Source: Schmidtea polychroa
Taxonomy: Eukaryota
Direction: 5' to 3'
Assembly: GCA_044892525.1 (NCBI GenBank)
Contig: CM097885.1
Span: forward strand, 42,100,001-42,164,000
Length of the DNA: 64,000 nt
Position 1 is the stretch's first letter; every line of letters begins with the position of its first letter. The notes beneath the pieces are model-generated. The model was not told the origin of the DNA. It did not search any database and saw only the letters and a program-made list of their open reading frames with translations. Positions 13,495 through 26,873 of this stretch are shown here, one piece after another. The translations under genes were made by a program, and so were the position numbers.

Positions 13495-14389
13495 ACTTCC
13501 ATTCCTTGATGTGTACTTCTGTAGTGTGTTTATATATCTAGTAGTATTAAAATGATATTTCCTTTGCTTGTTGTTAAAATAATACATGTTCGGTAGCGTT
13601 AAAAAATGTCTGATATATTTTATGATTGTGTGAAAAGTGAGAGTTTGCACGTAAGGTTGGGAAAACAATTTTGATAAGGGACCTAAGGAAATCGGACACA
13701 AACCTTCTAACGGTAGTCCGTGAACCTATGGAGTGCTCGACGATTATAGTGCCTCGATGCGCTCACTTTTCGCGAGCACTCAACCCTTGGTACAGGACCA
13801 ACGTTGATTACTCAACGGGTACCAAGCGGAAACACTAACGTTGTATTTTGGGTTACGCTGGCAACAGCACTAAAGAACAAAATATTTGATCATCAGTAAC
13901 CCACCAATTTTCAATCGTTTTGAAAAACTTCCATTGATAATTTGCAACGATCTTGCTGAGCCACGATCACATGGACAAGTTTAACTGCTGAAATGACATC
14001 TCTTCGCCATATTACTCATTGAAATACGACATATCAAACATTCATTATTTTCCATATTTCACTAAAGCCAAAAATTCAAATCAAATTATAAATCAGTTCA
14101 AAATCATAAAACACATGACTCATCATACTTTTTAATATATTACGTTGCGGTATTTTAAAATTTAATTATATTTTAATTATTAAATATATTACGTAGCGGT
14201 ATTTTAAAATTTAAATTTATTTTAAAAACTTATTTTGACGGTTAAGTTGACAAAATAAAATTATTGCACATAATTTGTATATATAGTCTATCAGACAAGA
14301 TATTCTGTCCCCTATGGTCACAAAGGTACACACAATGTATAAAAAATATTATTAGTGTCCACACATGTAACAAGTTATTATTATTATTA

Positions 14390-14442
<53 letters not shown>

Positions 14443-14719
14443 ATTATATATAGTCCGAGTTTATCCGACAAGATATTCTGTCCCCCTATGGGTACTGGTC
14501 ACAAAGGTAATGGTCGCAAAGGTAAAGGTCACAAAGGTAAAGGTCACAAATGTACTGCTCGCAAAGGCACTGCTAAAACTTTAACATATTATTACACAAT
14601 GTATAAAAAATAATATTAGTGTCCACATATGCAACAAGTTAGTGTTCCCATCGAAAGCTCATCTTTAAGTCTAGTGTAAGATCTATCTAATGATATATTA
14701 TTATTATAATTGGTAAAGA

Positions 14720-14855
<136 letters not shown>

Positions 14856-16529
14856 ATTGGTAAAGATGTTATTATTATTATATATAGTCCGAGTTTATCC
14901 GACAAGATATTCTGTCCCCCTATGGGTATTGCTCACAAAGGTACTACTCACATTCAACATGTCGTAAATTATTTTCAAATACAATTTCAATGTATTATTA
15001 TTATTTATTATTATTATTAAAATTATTATTAAATTCTGACCAACTTAAATCAATGAAGGGGTAGGACAAAAATATATTACGTTGCGGTATTTTAAATATA
15101 TTTTAAAAACTTATTTTGACACAAAAGTTGACTTATTTAACAAAGACATAATTATTGCACATGCTTTGCATAAATATTATTATTATTTTTTGAATTTTCA
15201 ATATTTTCTTTTAAAATATTAACGCCCACGCGAAAGATGTTATTATTATTATTATTATTATTGAAAAACCTAAAATATGGTTTACACACACAACCCATTA
15301 ACAATTATTATTATCAATATTAGTGAAAACCTAAAATATTTTCCACACACACACACACACAACCCATTAACAATTATTATTATCAATATTAGTGAAAACC
15401 TAAAATATTTTCCACACACACACACAACCCATTAACAAATAATATTATCAATATTATTATTATTGCAAATATTAGTGAAAAACCTAAAATAATTTTTACA
15501 CACTAAGTTATGGGGTAGAGAATTATTATATGTTTGCAATATTCTGTGTTTGCCTTTACAGGAAGTTGTCAATAAGGAGCGATAATTTTATACATACATT
15601 CTATATACATACATACCTTGTTTAACATGGGTGTATATACTCCTAGTCTATCCGACAAGATATTCTGTCCCCCTATGGGTATTGCTCATATGGGTAATGG
15701 TCACAAGGGTACTACTCACACTCAACATGTCGCAAGGGTATATTAATTAAGGTTAATAAATAAAACCTATTACACACACTATTTTTAATAATATTTAAAC
15801 GATAAAAATCAAGACAAGAGAGGACAAGGCAAAGTTTATGCATTTAGTATTGCCAGGCCTAATGAGCAGTTACCAAATATCTGTGCCTGAAAGACACGGT
15901 GGATATTTGTTCGCGTCCACAAGGGTCGTCTGTGCCTCCCCCAAGTGGGGTCAGAAAAACCTGGGCATTATAGTTTTCTGTACGGAACATTACGCCTAGC
16001 ATGGGTAGTCAACTACCAACACATTCGAAACGTATAAAAATACATTACAAAATAAATGCGTCATTGGCACTATAACCAAATTAATTAATGTTTTCACTAA
16101 CAACAATATATATTTACAGAGGCCTCCCACTAGTTGGATTACAACCGCCCACCACGACGATCAGCTTGTAAATATATATTAATTAAAGGATAAAGTGGAC
16201 CCACCCAACCCTATTATATTTATTTTACAAATTTTTCTCGCTCTTCTGCTGGTAATCTATCTCAAAATTATCATCTCCATCGGGCCATTTGGAATACATC
16301 TTGCAAATTGGACGTATTTCTTAGTTTCTGATGCGGCATCAACTCTCATTGCTAAAATTTGTATTGATTTAAAAGCAATTAATTTACATTATCTAACATT
16401 TTATCGTCACAGACTTGATAAATTAGGCAACTGTTATTTGTGGTATACTTTTTCAATGTCATTTCTTATCAATTCCCACCATAAAACAGAGATACCTAAA
16501 TATTATATATATATATATATATTTTAAAG

Positions 16530-17376
16530 CAGTGATGTCCAACACAGTCGCCACTCGCCACATGTGGCGAGTGGGCTATGTGCTTGTGGCGAATGTAGCA
16601 TTTTTTTTATGTTTTATTTAATACTTCAATTCTATCCATAATACAAAGTTGTAACCAAAACATAAACAACGACAAATTTTTATTTTGTAATCTTACATGC
16701 TAAGAAATGCTCATGGCAGATCCCGGTGTGTCAAATTTACGTACACATAGTGTCATGTGATTGTTTATTAAGAACTAAAATTTCGTTTTTAATTAATTTA
16801 GGTGTTTTCAAATAAACTAAAGTAATTTAAATGATTATTATTGTTATTTACCTGCATTGCTGTTGTTTACAATTGGGTTACAATGAAAAAAAAAGGAGAT
16901 AGCTCTACATTCTACAAAAAATATATTAATCTACCTCTTTCCTCTCATTATACTATGTAGCAACTCAGTCAGTAACCGTATACCTGTCGTATACCAAAAA
17001 ACACTATGTTAGCGTTATGAATGTAATAGATGTAGACAGCAGTACTTTTCTGTAAATTTATATATAGACTGCTTTTTCCAACCAATGCACTATGTTCCAA
17101 CTAACATTACGTACGTACACATAGTGAGACAGTAGGATGTTTTAAGTATCTGCACTCTCATTCATATTTATTATTGTTTAAGTTAATTCCTAATTTATTA
17201 TAATTTTGTTACAAGTAGTAAACAGAAGAAAACAAAAAAAAATTTATGCCAAAATGTGCTTCTTATCTATTTGTGATTACACTTTATCTATTTGTGAAAA
17301 CGCTTTTTTAAAATTTAAAAACAAATGACATTTTCATCAAAGTAGGCGTTTTTTTGGTTTGTTTTGGACACCGCTG
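16530..17376. mobile_element. Non-autonomous hAT element (847 bp)
   Basis: TIRs CAGTGATGTCCAA / TTGGACACCGCTG. 8-bp TSD TTTTAAAG at 16522-16529 and 17377-17384. Confidence 0.88.
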
Positions 17377-17568
17377 TTTTAAAGAATTAATTCATGTCTT
17401 ACATTCGAAATCTTTCATATTCTTCAGGTATGACGAGTACTTTACTTAATTGCTAAAACATCGGTTTTTCCCATTTTTTTTGACATTCGTTGAAAGAAAG
17501 TTTACATAATTTAAGTCTGATAAGTAAACATTCATGTTAAAGGACACCCACAATCAGCTAATTCATTT

Positions 17569-17925
17569 AAGAAATCTCTAAATCCAGAACATAAGTCATT
17601 TAGTGTTTTACCATTTTGTCTGGTTCATCTTCCTCATAATCCAATAATTCATGTTTTAATAAGAAATCTCTAAATCCAGAACATAAGTCCTTTAGTGTTT
17701 CACCATTTTGTCTGGTTCATCTTCCTCGTAATCCAATAATTCATGTTTTAATAAGAAATCTCTAAATCCAGAACATAAGTCCTTTAGTGTTTCACCAATT
17801 TGTCTGGTTCATCTTCTTCATAATCATATAATTCATGTTTTAATAAGAAATCTCTAAATCCAGAACATAAGTCCTTTAGTGTTTCACCATTTTGTCTGGT
17901 TCATCTTCATAATTATATAATTCAT
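17569..17925. repeat. 92-bp tandem minisatellite, ~4 copies
   Basis: AAGAAATCTCTAAATCCAGAACATAAGTC starts at 17569, 17661, 17753 and 17845. Confidence 0.92.
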
Positions 17926-19441
17926 TTTCTTCATTACTAAGTAAAATAATTAAAATATTGTAGTAAATTCTTTATTTACTTACTTTCAATACTAAAACGA
18001 AAGAAATAAAGTTATATGAAAAGTTTTTTTAAATAATTTAAATTTAGTTATTTAAAAATATTTAAACAATTTAGTTATTTAAGCATATTTAAACATTATT
18101 ATATATTATAATTTTATATAATATTATAATATTATAATTTTATGTATTCTAAATTTATTAATAAATACAGTATAATTTTATATAATATTATAATATTATG
18201 TATTGTAAATTTAATATATCCTTCATTTAATTTTTTAAATTCAAAAATGTATAATGAAGATTCTTTGAATTAAAAAATATTCTGTTAGTATTTCCAGGCA
18301 GAAAACAACGAATTCAATAATTAAAATCTTAATTTTCATGTTATATATTTAGGGTTGTGGCCAGAAGTTAAACGCCATCTAATCGTTTGTTCTCAATTTC
18401 GCTTATTTTTGTTCAAAACATTCAGGTGAGTTGTTATCTGGAAAGTTTCTTTTAGCTCAGTTTTTTTAAAACACTCACGGTATTTTTGAGGGACGTGACA
18501 CTGGAAATAAACAATGGGTGGTCATCCATACATGTTGTTGGTGTGAGCTGTCGATTTATTTTAGAAATAGGTATATTAAAAACATTTAAGGTATCATTCA
18601 GTATAATAATATAGTATTTTTGAGTACGTTTTAGTTAATTTATAAATAACAGTATTTTGATATATCAATAAAGACCATATACTCCGAGTTTATCCGACAA
18701 AATATTCTGTCCCCCTATGGGTATTGCTAGCAAGGGTACTGGTCACATTCAACATGTCGCAAGGGTATATTAATCATTTAGAAATTCTTAGGGAATTTAG
18801 TGAGATGATCAGAAATTCGTGAATATTTTAAATGTAACTTTACACTTATGCGAGCGACTAATTTATTGGTTAACTTTGTAGTCATTTAAAGCAAAAATTA
18901 ATTTATTCATCTAATGTTCGTTACAATAGTTAATAATATGAGAAAAACATGGTCATTATTCATTGATAATTTTAAATTCTTTATCATTTGGAGTAAATTT
19001 GTTTGAGGCAAAAATAATTAAAGGAGTCATAATAGAAATATGGTTGTCATTTATCCAATTAAGGGGCTTATTATTTAGAAATATATATTATAAAGTAACA
19101 ATTATTTTCTAATTTAATTAGATGATCATTAGACGTTATATATCTTTGCGAGAAATTTAAGATATTTGAGTAACCAAAACATGAATATTTTGTGCGATAA
19201 ATTTATGAATATTGGTTAATTTTGTTATTTTTAGTCATTTAAAATAATATTTAGCAAAGGTAATTTAGCAAAATATCGTTGTAAGATTTATCCACCCGAT
19301 AACAATATTCCTTCAATAGATTAACTGATATTCAACCTATTTAATTTCTGGAAATATAATTAAAATCATAAATTTCCTTCAATAAAGTTAAATTTTCTTT
19401 AGTTGTTTTCCAATTCTTTTAAGTCAATATTTTTATGTATG

Positions 19442-20247
19442 TGTTGAGTTTTTATTTGTAAGTCGGTCCTTTCTCTGACTCCTCGTGTTCTTATTTTACC
19501 CAATCAATGAAAACTCAACACAGAATAACTTTATTTGATTTTTATCACAATTACAATCTGTCACTGTTTGCACCTTTCTCTCAATTCAAATTTATTTTAT
19601 GAGGTAAAAACCCAAGGGGCAATTACCTTTTCTTGTACGATTCTAGCTTCTTTATAATTCACAAATTTCCTCCTTTGACTTGTCCTTGCTGGATTTTCTG
19701 CTTAGCTTTTTCCTTTTCCTCTTCGACTAAATGGCGGCTTGCTCATTTCTAAGCTCTCCTTTTATACTGTGTCTAAGAGGCCAATTATCTAGCAAAATGA
19801 AATTAATTGTTTCCCCCGGGCACCCTAAGTAAATTTTAAAAAGTTTAACAATTATTTTAATTTATTTACCCCGCAATTATAAATCGAATTATTATTACCT
19901 TATCTGGTGTCTCGGGTCTCACTGCGCATCGAATTTTCTTCAGTGCTCGGGTTTCCCATGGGCTCGGGCTTTCCATTGGCTCGGGCTTTCCATTACAGAT
20001 TAATTAATTTTAATTAATTTGTTTTTCCTTATTAACTTTTTCTATGATCATCCTATTACATTTTTATTTTGCTTTCTAACCTCGTCTAACAATTTGGCAT
20101 TCAACCATACCCGATACCCCCGTTTAATATTGATTTTTAATTTTCATTAAATTTTAATTAATTTTGTACTTATATTGATTTAACCAATTTTTGTTCTGCT
20201 TTCTGGTACCATGTGAAATTTATTTTGTTTTTGCTCTAACCCCAACA
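19442..20247 (-). repeat. 3' LTR (806 bp)
   Basis: TGTTG...CAACA termini, preceded on the minus strand by the PPT AAAGGGGGGAGA (20250-20261). Contains GCTCGGGYTTYCCATT tandems shared with the LTRs at 48266 and 56065. Confidence 0.88.
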
Positions 20248-20380
20248 TATCTCCCCCCTTTAATTTAGATTCGTCCTCGAATCTATTCGATTATTAATTA
20301 ATTATTAAGATGGTAGAGTATTGATAATAATAATATTAATAATAATAGTAACAATAACAATAACAATAACAATAATAATG

Positions 20381-20464
<84 letters not shown>

Positions 20465-21777
20465 GGTAATAAAATTTTAGCAGTGAGTTTGTCGTTTTCA
20501 GACATATTACGCATAATATAACAATTGTGTAAAGTAAAGCTGGATTGCGTAGAAAAACATCATATATGGTATAAACAAATTCAATTAGGTTATATTATAA
20601 AAATAACTTAATTGTTGATGAGTTTTCCTATAATAATAATAACAAAAATCATAATAATAACATTAATAATAACAATAATAATAATGATAATAATAATAAT
20701 AATAATAACCCTTAATAATATTATTTTGTTTTCAAATTAAAATATCACATTATTGGTACTTCATATAACGGCAAGGCTTTTCTATTTTATTAAAGTTTTA
20801 ACACTATTATTTTTGTACATTTTGAGGGCGTTTAGTATGATTAATCCCTTCAAAATTTTAATTGAAAGCCATTATTAAAATTCATGGAAATTATCAAAGA
20901 GATTCCCTTCATGATTGACACTGTGAAAGAAATATCCTAATTTTAACTACCCGCTCAGTTAAATTGATGCGTTTGCAATGCAGCATATTTTGTGTGTGAA
21001 ATCTCAATATTGAAACTAATAATTGAGTTGGTATTACTGAACCGTTGTCTGATATAGAATATTATGTGGCGATAACGATTATAAAAACCTATCAATATTG
21101 ATCCTGGATATTATGCAATATTGATATATTTTTTTTATCGGTTTATTGTTTGGATTGTTTCGGAATAAATTGAATTCAACAATGATAACAAAACTGGATT
21201 CGTTCAATAATTATTGTTTGATTAATTCCATATCGAATTGGACAATTTAAATAGAAGTTGAAATGAATTACCGATGCCAATTTGCCGATAATCGGCAATT
21301 CATTTCCAGTTAATCAAATGGCAATTATGCCATCTAAAATTTTGATTTTCGTTAGTCCAATCTGATTGGACCCCTGCTTTCGGGTTATTTTTCATAAATA
21401 ACCTGTTTGTTGTTTCATTAATTATTTCGTTTTTAAAATTAATCTTTATTCTGTGCTTGGGGTTAATAAATGGTAATTTGATGATTATGATATTCAATGA
21501 TATCGAGTACAGCTGAGTACCAGACCAAGGATGGCAACAGCAACAACTACTTATACTATGAGATCAATGCTGTGAATGAAATGAATTATCAGATCAAGTT
21601 GTTAACTTTTCTTTCCCATAAAATTTTGTGTTCATATTTTTTTTCTCTATCCCTCTTAGCCAATGATATTTCTCTTTGATTGAAAGGTGCAAATTTTACA
21701 ACTATCATAAAATAAAAGTTACTACTAATACAGTACTATTATAATATCATAATTGCATGCAAAATAAATGTATCTCA

Positions 21778-23036
21778 CTAGACCCATGTTTCCTCGTAGA
21801 CAATCCAAGGTTTTGAGGTCTTGGATTGACATTCATATTGTCTGTTAAATCTTTGAAAGTAAATCAGTAGAGTGAGAAGAATGATAATGGAAAATGGTGT
21901 CACACTGATGATGATAGATGACAAAATAACATAAGTATTTTCAAAATCATTTGAAAATGAGAATGCAGTTTTGTTTCTTGGAATTTGTGTTCCATTAATA
22001 AGAGAAGAATTAATGTCATTTATGAGTTTAGTAATCACATTGTTTGATGAATTGTGCATGTATTCTGAGCTTTCTGCCTCAGTTGTATCAAATTGTACTC
22101 GAATAGATTTACTTTCCACTAGAACGATTTTCCAATGATCGGGATGAAAAGCACGTTGATAATATTTTATTTTTACAATCACAATTTTTGAAGTTGACTT
22201 TGAACGTATTTGCTGAAATATTAATATTTTAGATGTAATATTACCTTGCAATATAGCTTGCAGTTTTCCGCAATAGTAAATTTCCACTTTTTTATTGGTT
22301 AGCGCTTGTCGTGTGGCTATCCATTTATTATATCGTAAAATAATACGATTTGGTTCATTTTCCAATTTTATGGATTGTCGAATAGACTCAATTTTTACCC
22401 ACTGGTTATCGATTTCGGTACCATTTTCACGCAAAAGCTTTTCATAATATTGCACAACGATATCATACGTTTGATTTAATTTTAAATTATTGTAATGGAC
22501 AAAGGGTTTTCTGATGTTCAATGTATCGATAATATTATTTTGGAAGATTAATTTCACTTTTTGGGATTCGTGGGGTTCCCAATATACATCGATTCCATTC
22601 ACTACTGGTTCTATTGAAACCAGACTGTTTAAATTTTTTGTTAATATTTCAATTTGGATTATATTACGTATTTTTGTATTATTATTTTGAAATAGTAACT
22701 CTGTTATTTGCCAAGGGTATTCATAATTGACCGTTAATTGACGAGCCACGAAAATATTTTTATTGAAATTCAACTTTACAGGTGGGTCAAAGTGATTTAA
22801 TAAATTACTTATTTCTATTTCTTCCGTTGACCCACACAGATAAAACCATACTATTTGGGTACATGTTGAATATATATGAATTTTCTCCAATAATGGGACC
22901 CTTTTATTGCATACTTTGGAAAAGATCGACCTGCATTTATTCCCAAAACATTTAGTAGCATTATTGTTGTTATTAATAAGACTTTAGTGGTATATCCTAA
23001 GGGTACTGGGTTTTTAATAACTTTTTGCTTGACCAC
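21778..23036 (-). pseudogene. Accessory type I membrane protein gene 3' of integrase (signal peptide, beta-rich FN3/Ig-like repeats, TM, C-terminal ETWV); one frameshift near 22870
   Basis: Starts 9 nt after the pol stop. LLITTIMLLNVLGINAG is signal-like, GIDVYWEP..YNNLKLNQTYDIVVQ is FN3-like, and YVILSSIIISVTPFSIIILLTLLIYF is a TM segment. Confidence 0.6.
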
Positions 23037-23044
23037 TTTTTCTT

Positions 23045-25269
23045 CTACTGATTTGTTCTTTTCGATCTTAACGGATATCTATCACTCTCCATTGCCGGCA
23101 CTTTCTTACAACGATTAGCATGAACTATAATTGTCCCAGCCTTTTTAATATTTTGTGGACGTAATTTCAGGATGGTTTCTGTTGTATCACATACAATATA
23201 CGGTCCTTTAAACGGTCGTTGTAACTTTGGTGACAAGCCCTTTTCTGGTTCTGGTTTATTCACATAGACTAAATCTCCTATATTAATATTATGAGCATGT
23301 GCTTTTCTGTCGTAGGATTCTTTATACGTTTCCTGGTTATGTCTTATTTTTAAACCAGATTGAGCCCACACTGACTGTAATCTCTCATGCATAATTACTT
23401 TATAATCGGATATATCCATATACTGCGATATAGGTGTTTGAAATTTCAAATCAATTGGCATATTATTTCGCCGTAGATACATAAGATAAAAGGGTGTTTC
23501 ACCAGTGCTTTCATTAACTGCATTTCGATATGCGAATAAACATGGTTTGATAAATAAATCCCAATCTCTTTGTTTTCGATTTACATAAGATGATATCATA
23601 TTAATTAATGTTCCGTTAAACCTTTCTACTAGGCCATCTGTTTGTGGATGATATGGTGATGTACTAAGTTTTAATATACCAAATAGCTCCGATATCGAAC
23701 TAAATAATTCACTTTGAAAATTCGTTCCTTGATCTGTAAGTAATTTCTTTGGTGCTCCATATCGGAAAATAATGTTTTCTACTAATATTTTTGCAACTGT
23801 GTCTGCCTTTTGATTTTGCATGGCATATGCTTCTGGCCATTTAGTTAGATAGTCGCAAAATACAACGATATATTTATTGCCATTTATTGTTTCCGGCAAT
23901 GGACCGACAATGTCCATTGCTGTCATTTCCATTGGCGCAGCTGGCACCGGCATAGGTCTTAGTGGAACTTTTATTTTCCTTCCTGTGTTTCGTCTTGTCA
24001 AACATACTTTACAAGTATGGCACCATTGTTTGACATCTTGTTCCATTGTCTCCCAATAATACTTCAATTTCAATCTTGATAATGTTTTTCGAGCTGATAA
24101 ATGCCCTCCTAGTGCTCCATCGTGGTAAATCAACAATAATGCTTCTCGATGTTTTGCTGGAACTATAATTAGTAAATTTTCATTTTTTACACATTTTAAT
24201 AAACTCTCGTGGATAATATATTTATGTTTTTCCTCAACAATATGTTTCCAATCACTCTCCTTTTTAATTGTTACTGCATTTTTTCGTAATTGATTTAGTT
24301 CCTCATCATTTTCTTGATCATATTGTAATTCCTTTATATTATTTGCTGATTTAATTACCATAAATATTGTATCATTATAGTTCGTTTTTTCATTATTATT
24401 ATTATTTTCTTCAGGGATTCTCGACAGTGTGTCTGCATTTGCATATGATTTACCCGTACGGTATCTAATTTCAATATCATATTCCTGTAGTGCAATTGAC
24501 CATCTAATCAACTTACTTGTTGAATCTCTATGCTTCATGAGCCATTGTAAAGGGTTATGGTCCGTAAAGACAACAAATCTTCTCCCAACTAAATACTGTC
24601 GAAATGTAGTTATTCCATAAACTAATGCCAACGTTTCTTTTTCAATCGTAGAATAATTCTTTTCATGCGGTTTCAAAGTTCTACTCGCATATGCGATGAC
24701 GTGATCTCTTTCTCCTTCAACCTGTTGTCCTAGCACTGCGCCCAACGCAAAATTGCTCGCATCTGTCATTAGGATAAATGGTATTCTAAAATTTGGACAT
24801 CTTAATATTGGTTTTTTAATCAAACTTTCTTTCAGCGATTCGAACGTTTCCTGTTGTGTTTTTGTCCATTTAAATTGAGCCTGCTTTTTTAATAATATGT
24901 TCAGGGGTTGTGCTACATGCGCAAAATTTTTAATGAATTTTCTATAATAACTGGCTAATCCGAGAAATTGTCTAACATGATCTGCATTTTTTGGAATTGG
25001 ATAATTTTTAATTTTTTCTACATTTTCGGGGTTTGGCTGTAATCCACTTCGGGATATAATATGACCAACATAGACTACCTCTGATTTCCCCCACTCACAT
25101 TTTGAGGGTTTTATTTTTAAATTCGCCTTTAACAATCTTTGGAATACTGTTTCTACATCTTCCAAATGTTCCTGAAAGTTATTCGAAAATATTATTATAT
25201 CATCAATATAAACTAGTGCGTGTGGAATGTCTCTCAACACAAAATTCATACCTCGCTGGAACGTGGCTG
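23045..25269 (-). CDS. pol: Gypsy pol, 3' part: RT C-terminus (YIDD), RNase H, integrase
   Basis: VYIDDIIIFS, TDASNFALGAVL, NYSTIEKE, FTDHNPL; HHCC zinc motif; integrase core DIVGP..TDQG..GLVERFN; GPY motif. The first 12 aa in the ORF track come from the Polinton TIR. Confidence 0.95.
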
Positions 25270-25518
25270 AGTAGTAAGATGTGTCACCTCCAGGACATGT
25301 CACATCCAGGACAGGTCAAGGTCAAATTTTTTAAGGTCAAGGTCAAATTTTTTTTAAGGTCTGATATCATTTACTGATATCATTCACACATGATTTAGTA
25401 ACAGTTCATAGTGCAAATCATGTGAATTCCCGTTGATGTAATCGATTATTAACGCATAATTTCATACCACATGTTATCCCTTCAAATATTTTAATCAATA
25501 ATAATTCAGTATTTTTCC

Positions 25519-25581
<63 letters not shown>

Positions 25582-26156
25582 ATTTTTACAAATAATTACT
25601 ATTATTATAAGAACTTTTATTTCTTCCAATTTCATCACTGATTATAATATCCATTGAATTGAAAAGAGACTTTGAAGATTATAAATCAGTAATATATCGA
25701 TGTTTGTTGACTCTCACAAATTGTCGGCACTACCTTGTTAAGTGAATTTGATCATTATTACATTAAATATTTATTGTTGGATAATTACATTTAAAAGGTT
25801 CAACCAATTTCATAAATCAGCTTTGAATCACTTTAATATAAATCTTCATAAGAAATTACTTTATTATTATTATTATTATTATTATTAATATTTACATCAA
25901 CTCAAATTTAACAAGGTTAGTCACACAAATCGAATTCTGAAATCAAACAAATGCATTTAATAAAAATTAAAATCATCGACATACACAACCGCCGTTCGCC
26001 CGCCCGCCCGCCGCCCGCCCCGAAGGGGCTGGTGCGGTAGTTTGTAAATTTGGTTTAGTTTGAATATTATTATTTGATACATAGTTTTATTTTTTACAAT
26101 ATTCAAAGTATTAATAACAAAGGTAAAGAAATAAATGTTTATTAAATGTATATAGT
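25270..26156 (+). repeat. Polinton left TIR (~890 bp)
   Basis: Reverse complement of 41971-42915 apart from repeat-number differences and a few substitutions. Confidence 0.93.
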
Positions 26157-26418
26157 TGGTAGTCTAAAAATTGATGAACTCGTATTTAATCCCAATATTT
26201 AATAACATGAATTTCCTTGTTAATCGCTCAGAAACAATTCTTGAAGATAATCATATTGATATGCCCGATGTGAAAAATTAATGAATTTATTGAAACTATT
26301 GAAAGTTTTAGGTGTTGTATAAAAGTTTATCAAAAACTATAATAAATCTTGGTAAATGTTGTTGCTTTTGAATAATAGTATAAACATAATTATTTTTTCA
26401 TTTTAATTATTTTCAACC

Positions 26419-26801
26419 ATGTTGGAAAAAGGTAAAATATGAATTTTATAATGTTTATTAATTTTTTTTTTATTTAGCATATATAATCAACTTTTTGATT
26501 GAAAAATTAGAAGAAATATCTAATGTAAAAATTAGAGAATTTATGAATGTTTCAGAGAAATTAAAATGGCCGTATTCAGACGATGAAATTAATGAAGATG
26601 ATATGTCATATGAATCTGAAAATATTTCCCAGCAAGAAGATGAATACACTGATTTGCCTAGTGAAGAACTTATGTATTGAGAATTCTACAACAAATAAAT
26701 TACCAAATGAATCTAAACAAGAAGATGAATCTATTGTTTCTACTAATTGTATTGATCATATTGTTGAAAATATAATGAAAAGAGATTGTATTGAAGATTA
26801 A
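26419..26801 (+). CDS. Polinton acidic hypothetical protein, spliced (intron 26432-26477); probable frameshift near 26675
   Basis: ATG TTG GAA AAA G|gtaaa..tttag|CA TAT ATA.. gives MLEKAYIINFLIEKLEE, in frame with ORF 26495. The overlapping ORF ending at 26801 continues the D/E-rich character. Confidence 0.5.
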
Positions 26802-26873
26802 TAAATTTAAAACTTTAGTTATTTTCAATGATTTAAAAACACCAAAACACTAATAAAGATGTATTAAATAAAT

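Larger units (their letters stand above)
8980..13906 (+). mobile_element. Solo giant LTR (4927 bp) with 4-bp TSD ATTT
   Basis: Starts TGTTGGGCTAG and ends AACCCACCA. ATTT occurs at 8976-8979 and 13907-13910, with no PBS or PPT alongside. The flanks rejoin into one minus-strand frame (..SKRLKINDLVSVNHEMTEEELQDMF..). Confidence 0.88.

Noticed and set aside
1622..13906. ~220-bp inverted repeats at 1622 and 13906 as TIRs of a 12-kb DNA transposon
   Set aside because: They are U5 ends of two oppositely oriented LTRs. One is followed by a PBS and the other has its own 4-bp TSD.
15850..15915. Hammerhead ribozyme-like CTAATGAG...GAAA with a nearby hairpin
   Set aside because: The core deviates from CTGANGA, and stems I-III cannot be paired convincingly.
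17569..17925. CRISPR-like array (also considered for 34898-36250 and the 14-18 kb modules)
   Set aside because: The units are contiguous tandem copies or are separated by microsatellite. There are no unique spacers and no cas genes, and the context is eukaryotic.
25270..25303. MTCPGGDTSYYS as the N-terminus of a stand-alone 752-aa pol
   Set aside because: It is Polinton TIR sequence read through by chance. The true upstream pol lies beyond 42916.
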